A stretch of 64,000 nt of DNA from Saccostrea cucullata. Taxonomy: Eukaryota. The translations under genes were made by a program, and so were the position numbers. This document shows, piece after piece, positions 39,320 through 50,692 of this stretch. Under the pieces are notes generated by a model. The model had not been told where the DNA came from. It made no database searches and worked only from the letters and a program-made list of their open reading frames with translations. The stretch spans positions 124,001 through 188,000 of the forward strand of contig NW_026933907.1 of NCBI RefSeq assembly GCF_032062105.1, given 5' to 3'. Positions within the stretch are counted from its first letter, which is position 1. Each line of letters begins with the position of its first letter.

Positions 39320-40105
39320 TTTTTTTGTGAAATTTTACTTATATTCATATGAAGCAGAATTTGTGCAAAATTTTATGCGTGAAAAGAAGAAAACACTTGC
39401 TGTGGTCTTCAACTCGACATTTAGATATATCGACGACGTATTGTCAATTAACAATGGTGATTTCCATTCCTACGTCGATACGATATATCCTGGTGAGCTT
39501 GATATAAAACATACCACAGAGTCTGACACATCTGTTTCATACTTGGATATTTTACTCGAAAAAGACATTAATGGTAATCTAACAACCAAGCTATATGATA
39601 AACGTGATAACTTTAACTTTTCTATCGTCAACTTCCCTTACTTATGCAGCAATATGCCTTCGTCACCTGCATACGGAGTGTATATATCTCAGTTGATTCG
39701 ATACGCAAGAGCTTGCTCTACGTATGAACAATTTCTAAAACGAGGTAAATTATCGACAAGCAAGTTGATGAAACAAGAATATCAACAGTTTCCTTTAAAG
39801 TCATCATTTCGTAATTTCTGTGGTGGATACAATAACCTTGTCAGCAAATACAATTTATCATTGAGTCAAATGCTGTCTGACGTTTTTCATACTAATTGTT
39901 AGTCCATTATTTATACACTGAATTGACGACGGATTTTTCCGTTGTTTCCTGATCATGACAAATAGCACACGGCGGATGTGAGCGGTTAGCAGGGGATGCT
40001 TACTCCTCCATGGCACCTGATCCCACCTCTGATGTTTCGGGGGTCCGTGTTTGCTCTGCTCTTATTTTGTATTGTTTTATGGACCTTTGAGATTGAATAC
40101 GACAG
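39320..40105 (+). mobile_element. Penelope-like element 3' fragment, probably Naiad-type (RT at the C-terminus)
   Basis: FRYIDDVL...SYLDI...TKLYDKRDNFNFSIVNFPYLCSN.PSSPAYGVYISQLIRYARACS. The ORF ends ...SDVFHTNC* with no GIY-YIG domain after RT; a structured 3' UTR follows. Confidence 0.85.
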
Positions 40106-41407
40106 TGTTCGTTATCTCCATATCCTTCACACAATAACTCCCTATAACCTAGGGAAGATCCTATTGAATTTGAGGTGAACATGTCAAAGGCCACAACCAT
40201 TAATTTGTAGTCGGGGAACTATCAACAAACATGTTAACATCATGTTCTACATTGTCAAAATTTACACAAAACGTATTATGTCTACTTAAACCTTTACTTA
40301 ACCTTTGAATCTTCTTTCGACAACAGGGACTGCAAAGGTGAAGGGCTTCTAGATATATCGCTTGGAAACGAAAGTGTTACAGAGGGACAGAAATACAGCT
40401 GGATGGATCTTAAAATCAATATGCGTCTTCGTCATGTCATAGGGAGTTGTCATGTAAAATTTCATTGCAAGAGCTGAAAGGCTTCTCGAGATAGTGCGTA
40501 GAGACGAAAGTGTTTGAGACAGACAGAAATACAGCTAGACGGACGTACAGACAGTCCAAAATTAATACCACTACTGTCAGCGGGAGGCAAAAAACTTTCA
40601 TGACAAATGTGATTTATCTACGACGATTCTTTGATCTTTAAAGTATCGTAAATCACTTTTTTCGCTGGAACTTTTTTTTCGCGTAATAACGTGAGACAGT
40701 GTACTCGCGAACAATTAATTCTTGCGCATAATAGTATTCCTTAGGATTGTATAGAGCATTAACCACAATTCGTGAAAATTTTGTCTCGTTTATAAAGATT
40801 CAATGCCTATCACGCGAAAATAAATGTTGCGAAAATTTAGTGATCAACAGTAAATCTAGTTAACTAACAACTGTCATTTTTTTGTAAATTAGTAGAAGAA
40901 TATCTGTCAAAGGTTTTTTTAAATCAATGAACACGTGGTTTAGGGGTCTTGTTGGTACTACAGGTACTTTTGTAGATTATTCTTAGATTAAACATCTGCT
41001 TAGTGATAATTCTCTCTATTTTGAAGCCTGCCTATTCTTTAGCAATGGTGGTTTCTGCAACAGAATTTAGTCCTTTCCATATAATCTTTATATAGCATCA
41101 CCTTTCTCGGTTGGCTAATTTCACTGAAGGTACTATAGCTATTACATAGCAATAGGTTGTCTTTCCTTGATAAGTTGATGATCAGTGATTCTGTCCAGGG
41201 TGTTGGCCATAGTCCAGTGCTCCATATATTGCATCCTCACAATGTCAAGGGTTTGTGATTTCGGAACTTGGAAGTTCCAAAATCAGAAACCCTTGACATT
41301 GTGAGGATGCATATAGGATGCTTTTATATCCTTGAGTTTTTATTCAGTAGGGGATGTTCCTGACTTGTTTTGAATGCTTGCTGGATACCGGGGTATATCA
41401 ATAGTAA

Positions 41408-42272
41408 TTTCCTACGTCGATGCGATATATCCTGGTGAGCTTGAGATTAAAAATACCGCAGTCTGACACATCTGTTTCATACTTGGATATTTTACTTGGA
41501 AAAAGACGTTAATGGTAATCTAACAACCAAGCTATATGATGACTTTAACTTTTCTAACGTCAACTTCCCTTACTTATGCAGCAAGATACCTTCATTACCT
41601 GCATACGGAGTCTATATACTCTAAACCAACTTTAATTCGCGACGACTTTATTTCGCGATTCACCAGGAGTAAACTATTTCGCCATGATTAATTTTCGCGA
41701 ATAAAAAATGGTTTTTTTTTATATGTAGTTAATAGACACAAAGACTTTAAGGACAAGTTTGCGGCGAGAAATATTCGTGATTACGAGGCTCTCGTGAATT
41801 TCGCGAAAATTTCTCGCACGCGAATAAAAGTTGGTTTACAGTATCTTGATTCGATACGTAAGAGCATGTTCTAAACAATTTCTAAAACGAGGTAAATTAT
41901 CCTCAAGCAAGTTGATGAAACAAGAATATCAACAGTTTCCTTTAAAGTCATCATTTCGTAATTTCTGTGGTGGATACAATGACCTTGTCAGCAAATACAA
42001 TTTATCATTGAGTCAAATGCTGACTGACGTTTTTCATACTAATTGTTAGTCCATTATTTATACACTGAATTGACGACGGATTTTTTCCGTTATTTCCCGA
42101 TCATGACAAGGAGCACACGGCGGGTGTGAGCGGTCAGCAGGGGATGCTCACTCCTCCATGGCACCTGATCCCACCTCTGATGTTTCGGAGGTCCGTGTTT
42201 GCTCTGCTCCTATTTTGTATAGTTTTATGGACTTTGAGATTGAATACTGTTCGTTATCGTGACCATATCTTT
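41408..42272 (+). mobile_element. Penelope-like (Naiad-type) 3' fragment, copy 2
   Basis: Highly similar to 39465-40100; split at the GVY|LIRY codons by a MITE. Confidence 0.85.
41619..41841. mobile_element. TA-flanked MITE inside Penelope-like copy 2
   Basis: TA-CTCTAAACCAACTTTAATTCGCG ... CGCGAATAAAAGTTGGTTTACAG-TA. Confidence 0.8.
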
Positions 42273-43084
42273 CTGTTACCTGTTTCTCCGTGGTGAGGTC
42301 TTTTATCATTCGATATGTAACCTTTTGGTGATCGATGTTCCTTTTAATATTTTATTCAATTTCCTATCATAGTTGTTCAATCCATTTCTCTGTTGCCTTT
42401 TTTCCATCTCCTTCCTTACTTTCTCTGTCTTTCTGTGCGTCTCGGCTCCATCTGGATTGCCTTTCTCCTATTAGCTTGAAACCGTCTTCTGTCGTTGATG
42501 GTGATCCATGACCGTTTTGGATTTGGTGTTTTCCCAACATCTCACTGGCTACTTCAATTATTGCTACTATTGCAACTATCAATGAAACCAGATAAAATAA
42601 ATCTGCTTGTTTACCAATCGCTCTCTAATCAGAAGCCATGACAGTTCTCGCGTGATGCACTGAGACTAGCGCTTGAACATATTAAATACTTTGTAAAGTA
42701 GATTTTCGGGGGTGCTGTATGGCATCACTAAACATAGATAAATTAAACTATTCCATGTAACATTTCTTTTCGTAAACAGTGATATTTATGCCTAAAATAA
42801 GGTAATTACTACAGAGATCCGCTCCTTATAGATCCCTGGTCTCATTGGCTGTCTCAAAATAAAATCAATCAAGGTTAGTAAACATGGCGGATTAATTGAA
42901 GTTCTGATTATGGCCATCGTCGCAAACCACGGTCAATTACAGAATCCTAAGGAGCTGTACCCCTCTCCCAAAACAAAGGAGAGGGCTACATTATTTCAGC
43001 TAGTTCTTGCTCCACTCCTATTTTGTAATGTTTAATGGACTTTTGAACTTTTGAATATTTAACTAGACAAATTGTTTAATCCTA

Positions 43085-43290
43085 TTTTAACGTCTGTTTG
43101 AGAATATACACTCATATTGAGTCACCATCATTTGCCGACGGAGAGCAAAAATTAGACCTGTATTCTACACTGAGGGTTTTGAGCAGTGAGGGGATCTTTT
43201 TGTGCCAGCACCTTCTGCGACACGTGACCTCGGTTGATATGGTCTCATCCGAAGGAACGGCCTCCACGTCCCACAGTGGAATTTAAATTT
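43085..43290 (-). mobile_element. Meta-domain SINE, degraded copy
   Basis: Reverse complement gives CCACTGTGGGACGTGGAGGCCGTTCCTTCGGATGAGACC...AACCGAGGTCACGTGTCGCAG...GCTGGCAC, matching 45345-45530. Confidence 0.8.
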
Positions 43291-44739
43291 GCTATATTAG
43301 GATTACTTCCGTACTCTGCGACTCTAGCACATTCACTGTGCCATCCAAAAGATGTGAAAGAAGACTATCACCTGATATGCAAGGCTTCCGAAAAAGATAC
43401 TACGGTACTTTCCAAGAGAGGTACAATCTATGTACTAGCATCTAAAAACAGAAAGGCAAACTGACCAAAGACTACCAAGAGTGGAACCTGAAATCAGATT
43501 TGTCATGTTACCAAACCCAAAATCATTTGAAGATGCGTCAAGGCATCCTTATAGGGAAAAATGAATAGCAGTCTAATGTTGAAAGATGGATACGTAAAGT
43601 AAATGTTGTCGAACAGAGAACCACTAGACTATACGAGACTGTACAGACACTTAAGCTTGCTACCCAAATGTTCTTGATGGCAAAGCAACTTAGTCGTATT
43701 GCATCATCTGGAGGAAACTTTAAGAAGGGCTGCAATTCTTACAGAAGACGAGAACAGCCAAGAAGCTATAAGGGAAGAAATCAAAAGAACTGCGGTCGAA
43801 ATTTACGAACAACAAACGGGAGACTATTTGCTACAATTACCAAAGACAAGGACACATCGCGCTCCTATGTAACGGAGAGAAATATGCTGATCCCTTCATT
43901 AGAAGTCATTGAGAATGGTACATGTATTTTCATATGTAAACTTTGTTTATTACTATATTTTGTATGTTGTAAATATGTAAATAAACAACCGTTATTAATT
44001 AAGCAGTGCCGATGTTAGGGCAGCTCCCCTTTACATTGCTCTTTTCAAAGATTTGTGTTGTTTGTAGATTCTTCACTAGCTAGACAAATGAACGATGAGA
44101 AACACTTATTACATATGATATAATATAACCACATTATATTGTATACAATCCACAGTTAATTAACCAACATTGGTAGGAAAACAACCACAGGAAATTCAAC
44201 CATAGGTTTGCAAGGATAAACATTAACATTAAAATGAACATTCTACTCAAAAACTTTTCAATAAAATGTACAACACAAATAGATTTTGAATCAAATTTAT
44301 ACCTCTGAACGTTGAGTACATGTACTTCTCTCCAAAATCTATAGCTCATCGAAAATAATATATATGCAATACATGGCCCCAAAATTACAGAAACAATATA
44401 AAATACCAAATCTAACACCAATACCACTTATTGTTCTTAAAACAGCTTGAAAATCAGTAAGAAACATGCTATGTATACTTTGTCTTTACAATTATATATA
44501 GGTTTCTATAAACCTCATGAAAGGACAAGTTGTAAGATCTAAAGATAAAGAATTTACCTTAAATTACAAATGATTTTGACTTTAAAAGGTTAATTAATTT
44601 CTCAAAAAAGAAAAATTAAAAAAATATCTATATTAAAGATCGATAGTTGCAAAAGAATGTAAAATAAAGAAATCAATGCTCCATTGCACTATTGGGTTTC
44701 GGTGTTGATCATATAATGACCAGCGAAATCGTCCTGTCT

Positions 44740-46686
44740 CTAGTGACGTACAACAAATACAGGTACTTCGGAGTGATGGATGATGTAGTCACTCACACTA
44801 CCCATGATTGTTCTCCTAATAGTTCCCAGCCCTCGACATCCAGTGACAATAAGATCCGCTCCGGAATCCTTTGCTTTTTTAACTATACATTCCCCTGGTT
44901 CTCCAGACATTTTTACAAATTCAGCCTCCATCTACAAAACAAGAGGATAGGTAACATTGAAGCTTGCTCGAAAACAATAACATTATAAATTCAATGCAAA
45001 TAATATATTAAAGATCAATAATCAGACTTTAAAACTGTACTCTATTTCTACAAATATTGCACAGTTTTGAATGTTAAAATTGATAATTGTCCTAAATAAT
45101 AAGACTTTATACAAAAAAGTCTATCCTTAACATAAAATATGACTACTATTATTTTAATTGGGTTGTTTTCTTTCTGTCTGCCTTTCAAGTAACATTGAAT
45201 CACCGTCTATTGGTTCAAATAGGAAACTTTTCTTTTGAAACAATGACATTTACCTTAAGTTGTTGCCCGCGTGGCGCAGTGGTTAGAGCGTCTGCTCTAT
45301 AGTCGCGAAGTAAGGAGTTGATCCTTGCGTCGCGGGTTCGAATCCCACTGTGGGACGTGGAGACCGGTCCTTCGGATGAGACCGTATAAACCGAGGTCCC
45401 GTGTCGCAGTAGGTGCTGGCACGAAAATGATCCCTCTCTGCTCAATGGCCCTCAGTGCCGAGTATAGGACAAAATTTGCAGCTCTCCACCAGTGTTTCCA
45501 TATGAGTGAAAAATTCTCGATAGGGACGTTAAACAATTTACAATCAATCAATCTACCTTAAATTAATTCCACTTTGGCTACAGACAACCAGAATACATAT
45601 AGAAACTAATGCACAAGAAGAAAAAAGGTATATAGGGTAACTTGTTGTAAGGACTTAGGACTTGGTGCTACAGACGAGTGGACCCACTTACCCGTAACCC
45701 GTCAGTGACGGTCACCATCCTATCTAACAACCTGTTGACAGGACTCAAGGCTTGATGCTAAAAACGTTAACAGAAGAGTGGCTCCACTTACCCCTAACCC
45801 GTCAGTGACGGTCTTCATTTTTTCTAACAACTCGTTAGCTTTCTTGTCTTCTGCGGCGAAGGCGTGTGTGATGGAGTCCGGATTCCCTGGCGTCATTGTG
45901 ACAGCTTTTGGTGAAATATGCACTATACATTAATATTTCAATTTCATCAACTATATGAATTTTGTTAAATCGTGAAACATAATACATGTACATATTTTAT
46001 TTTTATTTATAAAACTGAATCGTTGGAAGCTCGGTTGGAGCAGATAATTTATACATGTAGCACAGAACACTACTACTGCAAAAATCAAGCTGATTATAAC
46101 GTAATATTGCAAAAATAATTAGACAGTGCAAAATATCTCTCTTATTTTCTCAAACTCATAAGTAAACCATTAGAGAAACATTTCAAACTTACATCCGTAT
46201 TGCATGTGTTTGCGGTGGTCTATTGCTGTCACTAGTAACACAGAGTCCCCGGGCCTGTACACGTTCTTCTTAAACCCTGTCAAAGAATATTATCATAACT
46301 ATTTAACCGATTTTACAAGGCGAGAAAGGACAACGGATAATGGCAGAAATATGACACCTTACTTGATAATATCAGTCAGCATCATATGATGATGGAACCA
46401 TAATAAGCAATTTTTCAAACTACGTCGTCTTAAATTACAAAATGAAAATCAAATAAGAATTTTAACTAGACTTTTTATTTAAAAAAATAAAACCACAATC
46501 AAAGAAAGAAATAATTGCATGATATCAACCTAATATTTTTAAAACGCATAAAACAGACCCTGGTAACTGAACCAAATCGCGATACTTAAACAGTGGGACT
46601 CAATACTTACACTTGACAGCTTCTGTTGCATAGTTGCTTCCGTCCACAGCTATTACACACGTTCTTCTGTCTTTTGTTTCCGCCAT
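44740..46686 (-). CDS. Universal stress protein (UspA-like), ~154 aa; exons 46611-46686, 46193-46276, 45792-45904, 44740-44931
   Basis: N-terminal VIAVDGS and C-terminal GEPGECIV...ADLIVTGCRGLGTIRRTIMGSVSDYIIHHSEVPVFVV (USP G-2x-G-9x-G-S/T motif). Three GTAAGT donors, all phases consistent. Confidence 0.93.
45265..45553 (+). mobile_element. Full-length tRNA-derived Meta-domain SINE, antisense in USP intron 3
   Basis: A-box TGGCGCAGTGG, B-box GGTTCGAATCC, core AAACCGAGGTCCCGTGTC...GGCACG, (CAAT)n tail; TACCTTAA near both ends is a probable TSD. Confidence 0.85.
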
Positions 46687-46886
46687 GGTTAAACACAGGA
46701 GTTAAGATTTATCACGGTCCTCGTTCAAGGCTGCAACTCTTACGCTTTATCTAAACCTGCACTACTTACATCAAATGGGTCAATACACCTCCTTTTTAAA
46801 ATGTATGGCTGTGCGCAAGTACTAAAAATCAGTCTTATTTCGTGAGAAAAAAATGAAGTCCGTTTGAAAAATAATGTTACTGTGTA

Positions 46887-47102
46887 CCGTAAATCTGGAA
46901 ATTTTTACTTCGATTTTATTTTGCGAATCTGGGTCAAAATGCTGTTGATTAATTTTTACGTTTCAAAATTTTGCGAATGGCCACTACTTTGTTTACATTT
47001 TTTTTATTATTGATTTATTTTTAAGAAAAATGTTTTTGCGAATGCAATGAACTCGCAAATTTGCTAAAAATTTATCTACAGCAAAAATTTCCAGATTTAC
47101 GG
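46887..47102. mobile_element. MITE ~200 bp upstream of the USP start codon
   Basis: Inverted ends CCGTAAATCTGGAAATTTTT / AAAAATTTCCAGATTTACGG. Confidence 0.8.
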
Positions 47103-48975
47103 AGCAGAATGACACTTGGAATCACTTGTATGTCCACTCGTCAGTCTATATATCTGTCTGACCTTTTGTAAAAATCTTTTTTTTTAAAAATGTGAGAAGA
47201 TAAGTTTAAACTGTTGTTGATAACGATGAGACAACTTAAACCACCTTTTTGCCGCACGAGACCTTGTTATTGGATTTTGCTACACTCGTTGATATTCGCC
47301 CGAATTTCTATCCCACGTATTTCAACAGTGAATGAAAGCTGTGTAATTTTCAGAAGGTAATTATTTAAAACGTCGAGAATACCACGCCTGAAAGTCCATT
47401 GTTAACTGAGAATTGTACTATTAGCAAAATTATTTTCTACGTGACGTCGGGGCTATTAAAGTGCAGTTTTTCCACACAAGCTAACATATTATACATTTAT
47501 TGCATGATAGTGAGGGAAATATGAAGACTTATTCAGCCAAGAAATATCATATTCCCCGAGGGCTTCGCCCGAGGGGAATATGATATTTCTTGGCTGAATA
47601 AGTCTTCATGTTTCCCGAACATTCATGCAATGAATTGTTTATTATACCGAATCAAGCTAAACCTTTGAAATAAACATAAACTTTCAAATTCATAAAGTTA
47701 CTATAAACCCCTTTGTTCAACACAGTATCAATTTTGTGACTTAAACCAGACTATTGTGACGTGCGTTTACTGCTCTCGGGAGTTTTCTTTCAACGAACGA
47801 TAATTATTTAGTGACTATAAATCCCCCCTTTTTACCTTAAACTTTTTTTATAAAACACCATCCTATAAACCTGGCCTCAACCACATTAAAAATAAAAACA
47901 ACATTTAATTGTGTTTGGCGTGCTTGTCATGACCTTTTATTATATGTACATTTTAATATGTAATTCACAAATATATGCGCCGATTACAATTATATGGCGG
48001 CATAAATATAGATGAGACAGCAATAGAAATACCACCTGGATCCAAGGAGCCTGGAGACAACAGTACCCCCCGGAGACGGTATTCTATACAAAATTATGCC
48101 AAGTCCATTAGACGCAAAAAACTGTCCATTAGACGAAAAGTTTGTCACATGGCTACCAATCGGCGCTGGCACTGACATCCCTTGTTAACAAGTCCTGGTC
48201 ATGACGCTGAAAAAAAAAAATTGAAAAAACAGAAGACACCATTCTCGGAATTTATAACTTAAAATTTTTATTTTTTAGAGGTGGGTGGGAGGGATTTCGT
48301 GTGTTCTGCTCTGAGGGTTGATGAAGAAAAAGGAAGAGTTGAAAGCGCATGCTCACCAAATCAAAGACAAGTTTGCGCATGATCACGTCATAGAAAAAGG
48401 GGTACACCACAGGGAAACCACCATTGATTTACTTATAAGAGTTACTGCCCTTTGCCCAATAAAATTATGCACCAGTAATTACTGCACTAAATAACCTGGT
48501 TTATCCTTATGAGATAAACCCTATTATTTAGTGACTATAAATCCCCCCTTTTTACCTTAAACTTTTTTTTATAAAACACCATCCTATAAACCTGGCCTCA
48601 ACCACATTAAAAATAAAAACAACATTTAATTGTGTTTGGCGTGCTTGTCATGACCTTTTATTATATGTACAATTTAACATGTAATTCACAAATATATGCG
48701 CCGATTACAATTATATGGCAGCATAAATATAGATGAGACAGCAATAGAAATACCACCTGGATCCAAGGAGCCTCGAGACAACAGTACCCCCCGGAGACAG
48801 TTTTCTATGCAAAATTATGCCAAATGGTACATAAGACAAAGTCGAATGTACCATCCGCCATAAAACAAGGCGGCAATTTTGCCCCTTCAACAGATTGAAA
48901 TATTCAAAACAATCAAAGTATTAGCACAAAATGCGCACAAAGAGGTGAAATTCACCAACATTCAAAATTTAATAT

Positions 48976-49100
48976 AAAATTGCGTCAGATGCGCTCATGG
49001 TAAAATTGCGTCAGATGCGCTCATGATAAAATTGCGTCAGATGCGCTCATGATAAAATTCAAAATAATAAAAATTGCGACAGATGCGCTCATGATCAAAT
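48976..49100. repeat. 25-bp tandem repeat in the Ngaro 3' region
   Basis: TAAAATTGCGTCAGATGCGCTCATG three times plus one diverged copy. Confidence 0.85.
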
Positions 49101-49173
49101 TGAAAATAATTCAATCAAATTATATGACAACACATATATCGATATACACCTAACCATGACAAGCACAACCATT

Positions 49174-49763
49174 TCAAGGAAAGGTCCTGTTTTGAAATTT
49201 ACAAGATAAAAATTGTTTCAATGCACCCTTTACAGTATTAATAAACAAATCATTGCCTAAATCTGTCATGTGAACACCATCTGAGCGGAATAAATTTCTT
49301 TGATTTGCAGTTATATCTGGGTACTTAATAGCTGCTCCATTTAATTTATTTAATACAAAAGATGCTACTGAACTATTGATTCTCCGCCTACATTTTTCTC
49401 CTTCAGTGTTAGCTACAACATTTGACCAGTTTCTACGTTGCAAGATATGAGACCAAATAATAATGCAATTTGGTAATCGTTCTTTTACTTTTGCTAAATT
49501 AGCCTTTATCATCATTTGTATACCTCTTAAAGTGTTATGCTGTTGTCCAATGTTGTTCCCCCCACAGTGAATAATAATGATATCTGGAGTTCTGTTACTA
49601 ACTAATAAAAAGTCTAATGTTGGGTTTAATTGCTCCCATACCATTCCACGAATTCCATGCCACAATGTTTTCGTTTGGCCTAATCCCAGGTCTGACTGAT
49701 TAGATTTGACTGCATAGCTATGTGCCCAATGTACAATTGAAGATCCTATAATCCAAATGACCC
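49174..49763 (-). CDS. Ngaro-encoded SGNH/GDSL hydrolase (open frame, no ATG before the catalytic Ser)
   Basis: Blocks VIWIIGSSIVHWA, WHGIRGM, IIIHCGGNN and FRSDGVHM; no internal stops. Confidence 0.85.
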
Positions 49764-49836
49764 CTGTAGAAAATCAATGCATCAATTTCAATCAAACATA
49801 TTGTGTAATTTCTATCAATAACCTTAACACTTGCAC

Positions 49837-50690
49837 TTAAGTATTTAAAGGACGAATGTATGATTTATATGCTGTTGATTTCCATCTACCCTTTTGTTGA
49901 ATTTCACTTTCAGACAACCCTTCCAAATACAAGTGAGTAGCACCCCCAATGCGAAATGAGTGGGTTTTGTAACTCGAAGTTTTGATATCTAGAAATTTTA
50001 AGGATTTATGTAACATGCTAGAAAACTGAAACTGTGTCAATGGCTTTGAGTTAAAGTGGGCAAAATACACATCCCTATCAATTTTGCTAGACAGCAGGGA
50101 AAACTCCTTCAACAAATTCACCAGCAGTACTGATTGTGACGTGTTAGGCACCCAAACTGAAGCCCCAGAGCCTAATTGGTCCGTTTTTGAACTTTTTATA
50201 AATACGGATTTGACACTGTCTAAAATCTGAATATTATCCCTTCTTAGATCTCTAACTTCACTTACTCTCAACAATGCAAAGAATGCCAAGGCAAAAGATG
50301 ACTGAAATAATACTGCTTCATATGTTGAGAAAGCCAAATGCGGTACTGCACTCAATAATCTGTGCAACAATGCCAATGTGATTGGTCGACGCATATCACA
50401 AGACAAAGACGACTTTTTGTACCCTGCCATCAATTTCTTCACCAAAAAAGACTCTAACGGATTTTCCAACCATTTACATTAATTAGAAAACTTATCCCTG
50501 ACATGTAGCATTTGACTGTAGAAAAGGAACATCCCTGCTCAGACATATAAGCTATGAAATTTAAAATATGGTCAAGAGGTGGAGGCCAGGTTTGCTGAAA
50601 TTCACAATTGACTCTAAAATTATAAAAACTCTGTAGTCCTTGTTTATAAACTTTACCAGTATTTTATGATATGCTATCTTGCAAAAGTTT
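49837..50690 (-). CDS. Ngaro tyrosine recombinase (catalytic domain 49837-50469 open; N-terminal part frameshifted)
   Basis: FFALLRVSE, SKTDQ, HSFRIGGAT, GRWKSTAYKSYIR. Confidence 0.9.
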
Positions 50691-50692
50691 GT

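Larger units (their letters stand above)
40905..42590 (-). mobile_element. Decayed RTE/BovB-like LINE fragment interrupted by a Penelope-like copy
   Basis: Minus strand 42590-42280 reads ...ASEMLGK...ATEKWIEQ...IKDLTTEKQ. Minus strand 41240-40905 reads IWSTGLWPTPWTESLII...ISQPRKVML...AGFK...QMFNLRII...VFID (RT N-terminal motifs). Confidence 0.7.

Noticed and set aside
39900-39960. SECIS element in the Penelope-like 3' UTR
   Set aside because: A small hairpin and TGA/GA motifs are present, but no convincing SECIS core with an apical AA, and no in-frame TGA in the visible RT fragment.
45265-45355. tRNA gene
   Set aside because: A and B boxes are present, but the anticodon/variable region is oversized and it runs into a SINE core and (CAAT)n tail with other copies in the window.
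49837-50469. Phage integrase, prophage or bacterial contamination
   Set aside because: Flanked by gag, RT/RNase H and split direct repeats, so it is a DIRS-order retrotransposon YR.
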